Shown here piece after piece: positions 8,698-17,750 of a DNA stretch of 46,665 nucleotides; positions within the stretch are counted from its first letter, which is position 1; each line of letters begins with the position of its first letter. The notes beneath the pieces were generated by a model. The model had not been told where the DNA came from and made no database searches. It was given only the letters and a program-made list of their open reading frames with translations. The position numbers and the translations under genes are program-made. The stretch lies in the IMG/VR virus record IMGVR_UViG_3300022173_000056, positions 1-46,665 of that record. The stretch is one strand, 5' to 3'. Source of the DNA: a virus. Taxonomy: Duplodnaviria > Caudoviricetes.

Positions 8698-10308
8698 TCA
8701 ATTAAACTCCGGGGGTTCGTACATGCCGCGAGGATTGTCGTCGGTTTTCTTGCCCCAATTGTACCCGATTGCCATCTCCGCTTCAATCTGCATACGCCGG
8801 GTGATACCGTCTGCGCCCTTGACAGGGATTGGTATTTGAAGTAAGCGGATCGTGTTGTGTAGGACAGTAGTCCTATCTGCGGAAACTTGTCCTAAGATAG
8901 CATCGTGTATCTGCGCGAGCAACTCTACTTCGTCGTTGTCACCTCCGGTTGGGTCTTGCTCTCTCCACACCCTGTACATCCCGAGATCAAGTATATCCGC
9001 CACTGAGCTTTGAGGTCCAAAGGCAAGACCCTGCTTGATTGTATGTGGTTCCCAAGGCCGACCAAATAGCGTGATTTCTCTGCCGAGGACATTGGTGAGT
9101 GGCAGATGGTCCTTAATGCGTGCTGCAACTCCTTGTTGCCACGCGCGGATGTACGGAAACTCATGGAAGTAGTTCTCCTGTGCGCGATACGCCGCCTTCA
9201 TTGGAATGCGGGCGATCATGGAAATGCCGGGCGGTGTCAGACCAAAGTTACTTCCATGTTGTATTCGTTTGGCTTGAAAACGAAAATCATGACCTTCAAC
9301 ATTGTCCCAGTCGGGTAATCGCTTTGCAATTGCCTTATCTTTCTTAAGGTCTCCGTTCCAAGGCAACTCCGGCCAGACCAACCTAGCAACATAGGTGTGA
9401 ACATCGCCCGAGGCGTGTGCCTCAATATACACTTTGTCTCCTGCAAGGTGAGCGACAACGTTACTCTCTGCTTGTTTAAGATCGGCGTAGAAGAGGAGCT
9501 TGCCGGGGTCGGCGGTGAATATTCGTCGATGACGCGGAGCAACGTTTTGAGCGTTACCCCCCTCTCCGTAAGGGTTTTTAGAACTGCTCTGTCTTCCGGT
9601 CCAAGCCGCGCCGATATTGAAGGAAGAAGGGTATCTTCCATCCTTTGATAGTCGAGCTTGAAGACTTCCGAGTTGTTTCTTTTTGTCTCGGATAGCGAGG
9701 ATGCCGTCGAGGATGGGTCTGTGTTCTTCGAACTTGTTGGCGATGCGCTCAAGGATATCTCCCCCTGCTGATCTCTTTCCTACCTTGTTAGTATGTACAG
9801 GAATACCCAGAAGATCGTAAATAAGATGATCAACATGGTCGCTGCTGTTGGCATTGAAGGGGTCAGGAATAAGACGGTCAGCGCCGCAAGCAACGCAATG
9901 CCTGCCATGCTCATCGCGGCCCTTCTCCCATTTCTCCCACTTATGCTTTCCATCTTTGCGTTGCGGGACCGGGCAGCTTCCAGTATTCTTTGTGGTGTAA
10001 TCCCAACGGGATCGTATGGTATCGGCTTTTGCCAAGCCCGAAATGTCTTTTGCCAACTCACGTTTCAACTCCGTGATCATCTTCTGCTTTTGAATACCGT
10101 CGATGTTGATGCCTCGTTGCATCATGGCCATGGCGGGACCCTGCAGCGCTCGCTCAAATGCGTAGGTGCGAGCCTGAGCCTCGTTTAAACGCGGAAGCAA
10201 TACGTCGGCAATCTCGCGAGTGCCGGTATTGTCCAACGCATTATAGAGCCAGTCTTTCAACTGGCCCTTGGGCATGTCTTTGGCTTGTTGGAGTGTGTAG
10301 ATTGGCAT
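8698..10308 (-). CDS. DNA polymerase family A, polymerase half (starts with the ExoIII motif)
   Basis: YNALD (ExoIII), TGRQSSSKNP, motif A DLKQAE, motif B RFQAKRIQHGSNFG, motif C QIHDAIL; TAATG coupling at 10308. Confidence 0.92.
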   Translation of the reverse strand: MPIYTLQQAKDMPKGQLKDWLYNALDNTGTREIADVLLPRLNEAQARTYAFERALQGPAMAMMQRGINIDGIQKQKMITELKRELAKDISGLAKADTIRSRWDYTTKNTGSCPVPQRKDGKHKWEKWEKGRDEHGRHCVACGADRLIPDPFNANSSDHVDHLIYDLLGIPVHTNKVGKRSAGGDILERIANKFEEHRPILDGILAIRDKKKQLGSLQARLSKDGRYPSSFNIGAAWTGRQSSSKNPYGEGGNAQNVAPRHRRIFTADPGKLLFYADLKQAESNVVAHLAGDKVYIEAHASGDVHTYVARLVWPELPWNGDLKKDKAIAKRLPDWDNVEGHDFRFQAKRIQHGSNFGLTPPGISMIARIPMKAAYRAQENYFHEFPYIRAWQQGVAARIKDHLPLTNVLGREITLFGRPWEPHTIKQGLAFGPQSSVADILDLGMYRVWREQDPTGGDNDEVELLAQIHDAILGQVSADRTTVLHNTIRLLQIPIPVKGADGITRRMQIEAEMAIGYNWGKKTDDNPRGMYEPPEFN

Positions 10309-10565
10309 TAGTACACGTACACCGGACGCCATTCAGTATTGATGATCTCCCCAGCGTGGACACGTTCCCACTGCTCTTCGAGCGTGTGCTTGTACACTGG
10401 CTCGTTCCAGTATGTACCGAAAAAGCCACTGTAGTATCCAGCCTCGACCACTTCCTTGTGGAAGCGAAGGTTCGTAGGAAACACCTTGCGCCACTTAGGT
10501 ACATTGTTCCCGGATCGAGCATCTGGCAGCGGCAGATAGGCTGCACTAAAATCTTTCAACGTCAT
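10308..10565 (-). CDS. Hypothetical 85-aa protein inserted between the two polymerase halves
   Basis: ATG at 10565 after a GAGGGAG RBS; stop overlaps the polymerase ATG. Confidence 0.65.
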   Translation of the reverse strand: MTLKDFSAAYLPLPDARSGNNVPKWRKVFPTNLRFHKEVVEAGYYSGFFGTYWNEPVYKHTLEEQWERVHAGEIINTEWRPVYVY

Positions 10566-10566
10566 A

Positions 10567-11553
10567 TTAACTCTCCCTCTTCTCTTGGGACTTGCGGCCC
10601 CAACTCTTCCATGCACCTTGCTCTGTATAACTTGCACCCATGAACTCAAGGTCCTTGGGCAATTCAGGATACAGCGCGTGGTGGATCAATCTAGTATCGT
10701 GCGTGAACGCCCGAGGAGCGATCCCCATATGGTCAATAAACCAGTAAGCGTCATATCCTCCAAAATTTTGTCCGAGTTTTGGTACTTCACTTTCCATGAT
10801 CTCCTTTATCAGTTTCCACGCTTCGACTTCATCCGCCACGCTATAGAAACTCTTGTTTGGTTTGCGTATATCCACAAGTGGGACATTGATAGCGTGTTCT
10901 CGATCTGGTGCAAAACCAATGTTGGTAACGAGCCCCCATCCAGTTTCAATATCAACCGAAAGCAGTTCTGAATTATATATGCGAGGAAGGTAATCGCGAA
11001 TTTCCTGTATGGTTGGCTCGATGAAAAGCTCTCGATGAGGGAGCCTAATATCACGGTACGAGCTTTCGCGGTAGGCTCTGATGATATCTGCGGTGACGAC
11101 TGAGAAGAACTTCCACTGTTTCTGTACGAAGCGCGGTTCGTAAGTGGGGAGGAGCTTCGCACCCGGAATGACAAACTCCGCTGGCTGAATGCTACCACGC
11201 TGACTATCAATGCCACGGCTCCCAGTAAAAGCCCATAGAGCAGTAGCCCCAAGAGGAACGATGATATTAGGAGCAACGTCAAGAAGCTCTCCACGAAGAC
11301 GCTCAAGGCTATCAGCGGCACTTTCACGAGTGACCAGTTTAATATCGTCAAGACTTTTTGGAGTATCGAAGACGTGCCCAATGAAGAACTCCCTGCGATC
11401 AAGGTTTGCGGTACGCATCATAGCGTTAAAGACGTTACCCACTGTGCCTGAAAGCGGGTAACCACGTTCGGTGTCAGTCTGCCCCGGAGCTTCGCCAACG
11501 AACGCGATACGAGCTGGAAACTCTCGGGGGTACTGTGGTGGTACGCTGATCAC
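10567..11553 (-). CDS. Uracil-DNA glycosylase (family 4)-like domain plus 3'-5' exonuclease (N-terminal half of the split PolA)
   Basis: FVGEAPG, IVPLGATAL, PTYEP; ExoI VDIET, ExoII QNFGGYD, HDTRLIHH. Confidence 0.85.
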   Translation of the reverse strand: MISVPPQYPREFPARIAFVGEAPGQTDTERGYPLSGTVGNVFNAMMRTANLDRREFFIGHVFDTPKSLDDIKLVTRESAADSLERLRGELLDVAPNIIVPLGATALWAFTGSRGIDSQRGSIQPAEFVIPGAKLLPTYEPRFVQKQWKFFSVVTADIIRAYRESSYRDIRLPHRELFIEPTIQEIRDYLPRIYNSELLSVDIETGWGLVTNIGFAPDREHAINVPLVDIRKPNKSFYSVADEVEAWKLIKEIMESEVPKLGQNFGGYDAYWFIDHMGIAPRAFTHDTRLIHHALYPELPKDLEFMGASYTEQGAWKSWGRKSQEKRES

Positions 11554-11870
11554 TGTAGCGGCGAACTGATTGATACGTTATCTACAACTTCAATTTCAGC
11601 GGCGCTGTTAAAGTCGGAATAGATTATCCCTGTAGCCAATAAAACAACTGCTCTGCCAAGAGAGTGATTTGTTACCATGTAGACGTTCTGATCATTACTG
11701 CCTTTGGGATAACGAAACATCTGCCCAACTTTAAGATCAGTAATCCGAGGCAGTGGCGGAATGTTCTTATCGATAACTGTAATCTGATTGCGCATCTTTT
11801 GCTCCTTCTGTTTTTTAAATCGATCATAAGGGTCGAGATAGTTTACCCCATCCCAGTGCCAAATCTCCAT
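11550..11870 (-). CDS. Hypothetical protein
   Basis: ORF in operon orientation, coupled to the downstream gene; start uncertain. Confidence 0.6.
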   Translation of the reverse strand: MEIWHWDGVNYLDPYDRFKKQKEQKMRNQITVIDKNIPPLPRITDLKVGQMFRYPKGSNDQNVYMVTNHSLGRAVVLLATGIIYSDFNSAAEIEVVDNVSISSPLQ

Positions 11871-11890
11871 AGCAATCCCTCGTTTAAACG

Positions 11891-11953
11891 AATAGGAGAG
11901 GAGCCGTAGCTCCCCTCCCAGTATCGAAAATAGCCGCTCTTTCGAAAGCTATT
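11891..11953 (-). terminator. Tandem hairpins / terminator after the SSB-like gene
   Basis: On the - strand, AATAGC..GCTATTTT and GGAGGGGAGC-TACG-GCTCCTCTCC-TATT. Confidence 0.6.
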
Positions 11954-12404
11954 ACTCGACGGGTGCGAACTCCGTGACGTTGTTCGCGATGCCCTGAGTG
12001 TTGTCCTTGCGCTGGAACGCGCGCTGGTTCAGGTAGCCGATGACTTCGGAACCCTTCGCAGCTTTCAGGGTCTCCTCGATCTTGCCCTTGGCTTCGACGC
12101 CATGTTTGGCGAGCAGCTTACGAACCTGATCCCAAGAGGCACCGTCCTCGATATAGATACGGGTGAACAGCTTGTTCTCCGTGATATCGTAATCGGGACC
12201 CAGAGCTTCCAGCTCGGAGGTGTCCACATCGTCCATCGCTTCCTTGGCGACGTGAACGAACATCACAACCGGGCTCTTGCCATCTTCCTTCGACGGCTGG
12301 AACACGGCGTTGCTGAGCCGCAGGAGATAGGAACCTACCGGCAGAACCTTCGGCTCCTGAATGTTATCCCAGCTAAGATCAGCGATATCTGCATAATTAC
12401 TCAT
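11952..12404 (-). CDS. Putative ssDNA-binding protein (DUF669-like)
   Basis: LPVGSYLLRL N-terminal motif; acidic; directly downstream of a Sak4-like ATPase. Confidence 0.6.
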   Translation of the reverse strand: MSNYADIADLSWDNIQEPKVLPVGSYLLRLSNAVFQPSKEDGKSPVVMFVHVAKEAMDDVDTSELEALGPDYDITENKLFTRIYIEDGASWDQVRKLLAKHGVEAKGKIEETLKAAKGSEVIGYLNQRAFQRKDNTQGIANNVTEFAPVE

Positions 12405-13321
12405 ATTTTCTTCTCCTCAATTGCGGGTTGTACAACCGCGTTACTTCCGCAGGTAGCCAATGGTGGGGCCAGTTCTGCGAAAATTCTTGCTAGGCCGTCT
12501 GATACGTCGGCCTTATCGAAGCTTACCTTAGATGGAAGTTTCAAATCCAACTCAGGTCGAGGGACCGTTCTAAGTACCCTCGCTTTTAACCGATCCCCAG
12601 TGAACTCGTTCTCTGCAAGAATGAGCGTGGGGAAGTGTCCGCCAATAGTCGGCGGCAGTCCTTGTCCGAGGGCGCTGGGGAAGAGCCGAGTAGCGATGAT
12701 ATCCGCCGCCCTGTTCTTCAACTCCTTAGTCACGTCCTCGTCACCTTTTTGAATATCCTTCGGCCCGATCATTTTCAGATGGGACAGAACGACTACGTGG
12801 AAGTGGTTCGCTTCCGAGGTGAGCTTCTCGATGAAAGCATTCTGCTGCTCCATCGCAAGGCCCCAGACTTGCTGGGTAGTATCCAGCGGTGTCTTGTTGG
12901 AAAGCGAACGCTGGCGGCGGAAACTAGCTTCGCCCATTGAGGTAAGGCTGTCAAGGACGACAACAGTATCACAGCCCCACTCTTTGGATTTGCCAAGGTT
13001 CACCTCCGTGCCATCATCCTCCTTGTACTTCCACTCGTCCATCATGTTAAGCGCACTGGCGAACGCTGTAGGGACGCCAGTGGTCTCGATGAAACGCTGC
13101 CCGTTTCGCATCTTGTCCTCGAACGTAGCGATATCGAGGTTCTGCAGCTTGTCCTTGTCGGTGTAGGTCAGTAGAGACTGACTGTTACCGTCGAAGTCGA
13201 GCAGTCGAACCTTATACCCTGCGTTGAGGAGAGATGCAATAGAGCCCGTCTTTGCTGTGCCGGGATAGCCGACAATCATCATGCGAACAGGCTGGCGAAG
13301 GGCTATCTTATCGGCTCGCAT
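12401..13321 (-). CDS. AAA_24 / Sak4-like recombination ATPase
   Basis: Walker A GYPGTAKT, LLDFDG, Walker B VVVLDSLT, VVLSH; lies between the nuclease and SSB. Confidence 0.8.
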   Translation of the reverse strand: MRADKIALRQPVRMMIVGYPGTAKTGSIASLLNAGYKVRLLDFDGNSQSLLTYTDKDKLQNLDIATFEDKMRNGQRFIETTGVPTAFASALNMMDEWKYKEDDGTEVNLGKSKEWGCDTVVVLDSLTSMGEASFRRQRSLSNKTPLDTTQQVWGLAMEQQNAFIEKLTSEANHFHVVVLSHLKMIGPKDIQKGDEDVTKELKNRAADIIATRLFPSALGQGLPPTIGGHFPTLILAENEFTGDRLKARVLRTVPRPELDLKLPSKVSFDKADVSDGLARIFAELAPPLATCGSNAVVQPAIEEKKI

Positions 13322-13322
13322 G

Positions 13323-13598
13323 TTAGCCCCGTCCCTGCGGCAGAGTATCGTCAAGGCTCGGAGTGCGATACTTGGGCTCAGCAGTGCCATTGCCTTCCGC
13401 TTGCAGCTCTTTCCGTACCTCATCGAGGAACATGGAGACTTCCATCAGTTTCATCGGGCAGCCGCCAACCTCTTCGAAGAGAACGGACAGCATGATCTCA
13501 GCCATCTCCCGCCGACCTTCCGGGGTCTGGAGAGTGAACCCGGCAATCATCTTACTGAAAGCACGAGCAACGATTTTTGCAATTTCACGATCTGACAT
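13323..13598 (-). CDS. Hypothetical protein
   Basis: AGGAG RBS; operon orientation. Confidence 0.65.
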   Translation of the reverse strand: MSDREIAKIVARAFSKMIAGFTLQTPEGRREMAEIMLSVLFEEVGGCPMKLMEVSMFLDEVRKELQAEGNGTAEPKYRTPSLDDTLPQGRG

Positions 13599-13626
13599 AT
13601 TTGCTCCTGTTTGCTAAGCGCGAAAC

Positions 13627-14079
13627 TTAGTGGAAAGTTCGCGGCTTGTCAACTGACGGGGTTCCGTCAAGGTTGTTTGTTTGTTCGCGGCTTTCTTTCA
13701 CCGCTGCTGACAACTCCTTGACTGCCTTGTAGTTCTTGCTGCCATTGAGAAGAGCGTCACTGGCGGCGTCTGCGTACATACGACCAGCCTCACTGTCGAG
13801 GCTGAGCGTCTGCTTAACATCGGGGAAGCGAATTTCCTCCCCCTTCCACAGTCGAGCGGTGAAGTCCTGCATGTGAACCATGAAGTGAATTTGATGCTCG
13901 ATAGGAATAATTCCCTCAAGCATAAACTGGATCACTGCAGCGTTCGCAGCCATTGTGAAGGTTGCGATCTTCTTCTCTTCTTCACTCAGCTCTCGGGTCG
14001 GTGGAACGCGGCCATAGTCCACCGCTCCCGTCATGAAGTCCTCACGCTTCTTGTCATCATCCTTGCTGTCGGCGCTCAT
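13627..14079 (-). CDS. Hypothetical protein
   Basis: ATGA coupling; operon orientation. Confidence 0.7.
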   Translation of the reverse strand: MSADSKDDDKKREDFMTGAVDYGRVPPTRELSEEEKKIATFTMAANAAVIQFMLEGIIPIEHQIHFMVHMQDFTARLWKGEEIRFPDVKQTLSLDSEAGRMYADAASDALLNGSKNYKAVKELSAAVKESREQTNNLDGTPSVDKPRTFH

Positions 14080-14336
14080 GCGTTCGGGTATCCCTGTTTG
14101 GTAGCGTTGCGATGTGCCTCGATCTCGTCGAAGATTGCTCCATCTTCTGCGAAGTCAAGCAACTTCTTCCCACGGACAGTTTCTCCCATCAAGAGAGTGC
14201 CGACATAGGAGCCAGACAAAGAAGAGAGTTTGCTTGCGGCGGCATCTGAGATCACACCTTCCTCGACCAACTGGTCAAGCGCTTCGGTCCAACCAAGAGC
14301 TTCGGCAATAGCGGTATCGTGTTTAAACAACGGCAT
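14076..14336 (-). CDS. Hypothetical protein
   Basis: GGAGG RBS; tight packing. Confidence 0.7.
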   Translation of the reverse strand: MPLFKHDTAIAEALGWTEALDQLVEEGVISDAAASKLSSLSGSYVGTLLMGETVRGKKLLDFAEDGAIFDEIEAHRNATKQGYPNA

Positions 14337-14338
14337 AG

Positions 14339-14536
14339 TTAACCCTCCATACTTGCGGTGATCAATTCACCGACCACATCATAACCTGCAGCTTGCACTT
14401 CCGGCATATCTGCAGTCGCTTCATCGAACAGCTCTCGATGTTTCATCGCCATCTCTGGCGTTCCGCCGCCGACAGCTTCCCGCATCGTGGCGAGAAGAAT
14501 TTTCGCAGCAGCGTACTTGTTTTCAACAGTGCTCAT
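14339..14536 (-). CDS. Hypothetical protein
   Basis: GAGGAG RBS; tight packing. Confidence 0.7.
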   Translation of the reverse strand: MSTVENKYAAAKILLATMREAVGGGTPEMAMKHRELFDEATADMPEVQAAGYDVVGELITASMEG

Positions 14537-14537
14537 A

Positions 14538-15671
14538 TTATCGCTCCTCTAGTGGGTTCCAACGTTTCTGCACAAAGTCTGCCTTGAGAAATCGCTCCCG
14601 CTGCGCAGGGTCCTTGGAGCAAATCCCGTTGAAGTTACACATCTTACAATTCGTCTTGTTCATCGGCCAGTAGTTGTCTGCAGCGAACCGCTCCGCTTGC
14701 TTGATCCACCATCCGATCTCGTGTAGCGTCTCCTCCCGTTGCGCTTCCGTCCTGTAGAATACCTGAGTGGCGAACTTCGCTCCTCCAACGAGCGTTTGAG
14801 CCGCCTCAATAGCCACGCCTTTGAGGCCAAGGTCAGGGAATAGAAGTGACCCTGCGAGGTCATACAGATCAACCTGAATGTTAGGGCTGTACTGTTTCCA
14901 ATAGAGCGGACCAAGGAAACTCTTCGTCGTTTTGTTATCAGTGATAAAAGTTTCGATAGTCCCAAACGTTTTGATGGCGTCCATATGTCCAGCCATGACA
15001 TACGGCTGACCGTCAGGCGTCTGGAAAGGAAGCGGGAGCTTAAAGGAAAGCTCCACTGCTGGCGTTCCATCAGGGAAGGCAAATGGGGATAAGCCTGCAC
15101 CACCAGAAGCGTCGGGCTGTTCTTCACAGTACCACTCCACTAGCCGAACGAGGCTTTCTCGATTTTTAACTTTATCGTAAGGCGCATATCTTCGCTCTGA
15201 TTGCGTGGGACTATGGCAGACACCGCAAGTGTCGGGTCCCCCTCCGGGAAACCATTTTCCTTTATGAGAGTAAGGACATTTTGCAGCATTGCCTTTAGCG
15301 TTTCGATATTTCTCTGTGCCTGTGCATCGCCATTGGGGCTCGTACTCTCCTCCCCATCCTTTGCCAGCGTTAACTCCGTATCCATGATCTTGTCCATCGT
15401 TCTCAGAGGTCCAGCTATCCTCGACAACTCGCTGTACAGCAGCCAGAGTTGCTTCATATTTTGTTCGTCCCATAAGACGTGCTTTTGCATAGACCTCAGT
15501 AGCGGAAGCAAAGTAGATACCGTACTCAAGATCAACCGCTGAGCCTCTCCAGCCGTTAAGGATACCATATTCATAACTCCTTGGGCAGAACATGAGGGCA
15601 CGAAGGGACGTGCTGTCCCAGACAACTTGAAGATTGGGGATTGTGGGCGAGTAGGGGGACGGTGCGGTCAT
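14538..15671 (-). CDS. PD-(D/E)XK exonuclease (RecB/Cas4-like)
   Basis: STSL..FCPR, AVELSF, GHMDAI, TDNKTT, QVDLY, C-terminal CKMCNFNGIC. Confidence 0.85.
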   Translation of the reverse strand: MTAPSPYSPTIPNLQVVWDSTSLRALMFCPRSYEYGILNGWRGSAVDLEYGIYFASATEVYAKARLMGRTKYEATLAAVQRVVEDSWTSENDGQDHGYGVNAGKGWGGEYEPQWRCTGTEKYRNAKGNAAKCPYSHKGKWFPGGGPDTCGVCHSPTQSERRYAPYDKVKNRESLVRLVEWYCEEQPDASGGAGLSPFAFPDGTPAVELSFKLPLPFQTPDGQPYVMAGHMDAIKTFGTIETFITDNKTTKSFLGPLYWKQYSPNIQVDLYDLAGSLLFPDLGLKGVAIEAAQTLVGGAKFATQVFYRTEAQREETLHEIGWWIKQAERFAADNYWPMNKTNCKMCNFNGICSKDPAQRERFLKADFVQKRWNPLEER

Positions 15672-16081
15672 GCTATTCCTCGATTGGCCCATTGTCTTGC
15701 TGTTTTAAACTCACCAGAGCGAACAGCGTGAAAAAGATTAACACGCTCGTCGCGAGTTTTAATATGAAGTTCCGTAGCTATGTCGGTCGCGAGCTTTGTC
15801 AAGTCGAAAAACTTTTGGCTCGTTGTCACCACAATGTTCACCCCATTCTTACGATACGACGCGACAGGAGTGTGGCCCTCTGCTGCATCGTAGGTAGCAC
15901 TGTCCCAAGGATCAGCCACATAGCCATTTCGTTCAAGCAGATCGGTTAGGCCCATCTCGTACATCACCACCCAGTCATCGTCAGAAGCTTCTGGCGGCTT
16001 GGAGCAAATCGCTCGGGAGCCAGTGTGGAAGAGCTTGTATCCTTCCGCTTGTAGCAGTTGGATCATAAGTGGCATCTTCAT
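15668..16081 (-). CDS. Minimal nucleotidyltransferase-fold protein
   Basis: TGSR..C..PP..SDDDWVV resembles the Pol-beta-type GS..DxD motif. Confidence 0.5.
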   Translation of the reverse strand: MKMPLMIQLLQAEGYKLFHTGSRAICSKPPEASDDDWVVMYEMGLTDLLERNGYVADPWDSATYDAAEGHTPVASYRKNGVNIVVTTSQKFFDLTKLATDIATELHIKTRDERVNLFHAVRSGEFKTARQWANRGIA

Positions 16082-16254
16082 TTGTACTTCTCCTTCCTTG
16101 TTTTACATAGTGCTTTGCGCACGAGATTGATTGCATATTTTGATGGAGCAAGCCCATGAACTCGTTTAAACGCTCGAAGATTACGAAGCTCTTGGAGATA
16201 CCAGTGCCGCTCGATTTCATACACCGGTATCGCTGGCAGTCCGCCGCCGCTCAT
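16078..16254 (-). CDS. Hypothetical basic protein
   Basis: ATGA overlaps at both ends. Confidence 0.55.
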   Translation of the reverse strand: MSGGGLPAIPVYEIERHWYLQELRNLRAFKRVHGLAPSKYAINLVRKALCKTRKEKYK

Positions 16255-16481
16255 GCGTTTCTCCATACACAGGCTCGAAGATTGCCGTACTCGGCATAGG
16301 TGAGCCATTGACAGATATCAACTTCGCCACCAGTTGCCTGATGGATCGTCTGGGTCTCGTGGTTGAAGAACACGGCGACCGCTCGGTTCGTGCCAGTGAT
16401 CCTACCCAGAAACGTCCCCTCTTTTGGTACGAGGGAGATATCGGTCTGCCAATTCTTGAACGTTCGGCTGTAATCGGGCAT
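16251..16481 (-). CDS. Hypothetical protein
   Basis: Operon orientation; GGAG RBS. Confidence 0.55.
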   Translation of the reverse strand: MPDYSRTFKNWQTDISLVPKEGTFLGRITGTNRAVAVFFNHETQTIHQATGGEVDICQWLTYAEYGNLRACVWRNA

Positions 16482-16507
16482 TACGGTCTTTCTCCAATAC
16501 TTTGCCA

Positions 16508-16675
16508 TTATTTCTCCACTGGGTCATCTGCGAAGCTAACATAACCCTTATATGGGCCTCCTGCGATGCACTGGCCCCGAACCGCACAACCGAAGCGACC
16601 TTTAACAATAAGTCTGCATCTACAGTCAACGCCGCAGGACCATGGGATCGTTTCATATTCAGCTTCCTTTGGCAT
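16508..16675 (-). CDS. Small Cys-rich hypothetical protein
   Basis: CGVDCRC..GC..QC; start uncertain. Confidence 0.4.
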   Translation of the reverse strand: MPKEAEYETIPWSCGVDCRCRLIVKGRFGCAVRGQCIAGGPYKGYVSFADDPVEK

Positions 16676-16835
16676 CGTTGTCCCGATACTGCAGAAGCAC
16701 ATCTGTGTTCGTATCGTCATCGTGCGTCAGATTGGCCAGCTCGTCGGCCAGCAGCTTAAACACGAGGTCCTGTCCCTTGGGCATCTGCGAAGCAGCGCGA
16801 CGGACAGCGAGTTCAATTCGGTTAACAACGTTCAT
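16659..16835 (-). CDS. Hypothetical protein
   Basis: ATGA coupling; GGAG RBS. Confidence 0.5.
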   Translation of the reverse strand: MNVVNRIELAVRRAASQMPKGQDLVFKLLADELANLTHDDDTNTDVLLQYRDNDAKGS

Positions 16836-16978
16836 GCGTAAATTCTCCAAATCACACAGCACTGAGCTGCGCCATAGCTGAGATACATCACCGCGTCGGG
16901 ATAGTTCTTGTGGAAGATAAATATCCCTGCCGACACCACATAGCAGAGAGCTGGCAGCAGCAGGGATATAAACAGCAT
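16832..16978 (-). CDS. Small membrane protein
   Basis: MLFISLLLPALCYVVSAGIFIF hydrophobic stretch; starts right after the upstream stop. Confidence 0.5.
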   Translation of the reverse strand: MLFISLLLPALCYVVSAGIFIFHKNYPDAVMYLSYGAAQCCVIWRIYA

Positions 16979-16980
16979 GG

Positions 16981-17334
16981 TTAGGCCGTCGCCGTTGCGG
17001 AAGGAGCCGGTACTTCCGGCTGAGTTACATGCGCCCACGGATTGCCGCGACGGTTGATGAAGTTCTGCAGCGCCCAAGCATACTCGTCCTGCGAGGGCCA
17101 GCGAACAGTGCCACTGTCCTGCGAAACTCCCTGCGGGATTGCGAAGAGCTTAGCGAAACGGCGGAACGTCTGCGGGTTGAAGTTCTCGGTGTTGAATGCG
17201 TCAACGTCAAAGCCGAAAGCCTGAGCGACTACGTTGCGCAGTTGGCCATTGGCGACAATCGTGCGACCGTTGCGAACGTCAGAGCGCAGGGCCGAGAGCG
17301 TCAGCTTGATATCTTCGTTGGTATAGCGGCTCAT
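16981..17334 (-). CDS. Hypothetical protein
   Basis: TAATG coupling; AGGAG RBS. Confidence 0.75.
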   Translation of the reverse strand: MSRYTNEDIKLTLSALRSDVRNGRTIVANGQLRNVVAQAFGFDVDAFNTENFNPQTFRRFAKLFAIPQGVSQDSGTVRWPSQDEYAWALQNFINRRGNPWAHVTQPEVPAPSATATA

Positions 17335-17750
17335 TAGAGTTTCTCCTTCATTTTCGCATAGGCAGCTTTCATGGCTGCGAGACGGCGAGTGTTAGCTTGT
17401 TTTCGGATGTTGTCAATATAGCCCATGTCATCAGCGTGGTGTCCACGTTTTCCGTTCGACCAATGCTGTTTAGCGTCGGCTATGGAGTAGAACACCCGGC
17501 AACCAGCCGTGAGGTAGACTTCCTTTCCGCGTTTAAACGCCGCGAACTCATAGCCGTCCCGCTTAACAACTGCGGTGGTGAAGTCCTTACCCTTCACACG
17601 GGTCAAATCTTCCGGTTGCTGAAATGAGGTGCGATTTGCTTCCAGATCGAACAATTTTACATCATTGTCGATGTCTGGCTTAGTAGTCAGGGCGACAAAC
17701 ACATCACCATCACTGTTAAGATAGACACCACCTCTCTTAATCCGCTTCAT
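17334..17750 (-). CDS. Hypothetical protein
   Basis: AGCRVF..A..HW motif; operon orientation. Confidence 0.7.
   Translation of the reverse strand: MKRIKRGGVYLNSDGDVFVALTTKPDIDNDVKLFDLEANRTSFQQPEDLTRVKGKDFTTAVVKRDGYEFAAFKRGKEVYLTAGCRVFYSIADAKQHWSNGKRGHHADDMGYIDNIRKQANTRRLAAMKAAYAKMKEKL

Noticed and set aside
10308-10566. Group I intron or intein in the polymerase
   Set aside because: No homing endonuclease or splicing motifs recognised; each part has its own start and coupling
14538-15671. Cas4 as part of a CRISPR system
   Set aside because: Its context (Sak4-like ATPase and SSB) indicates a phage recombination exonuclease
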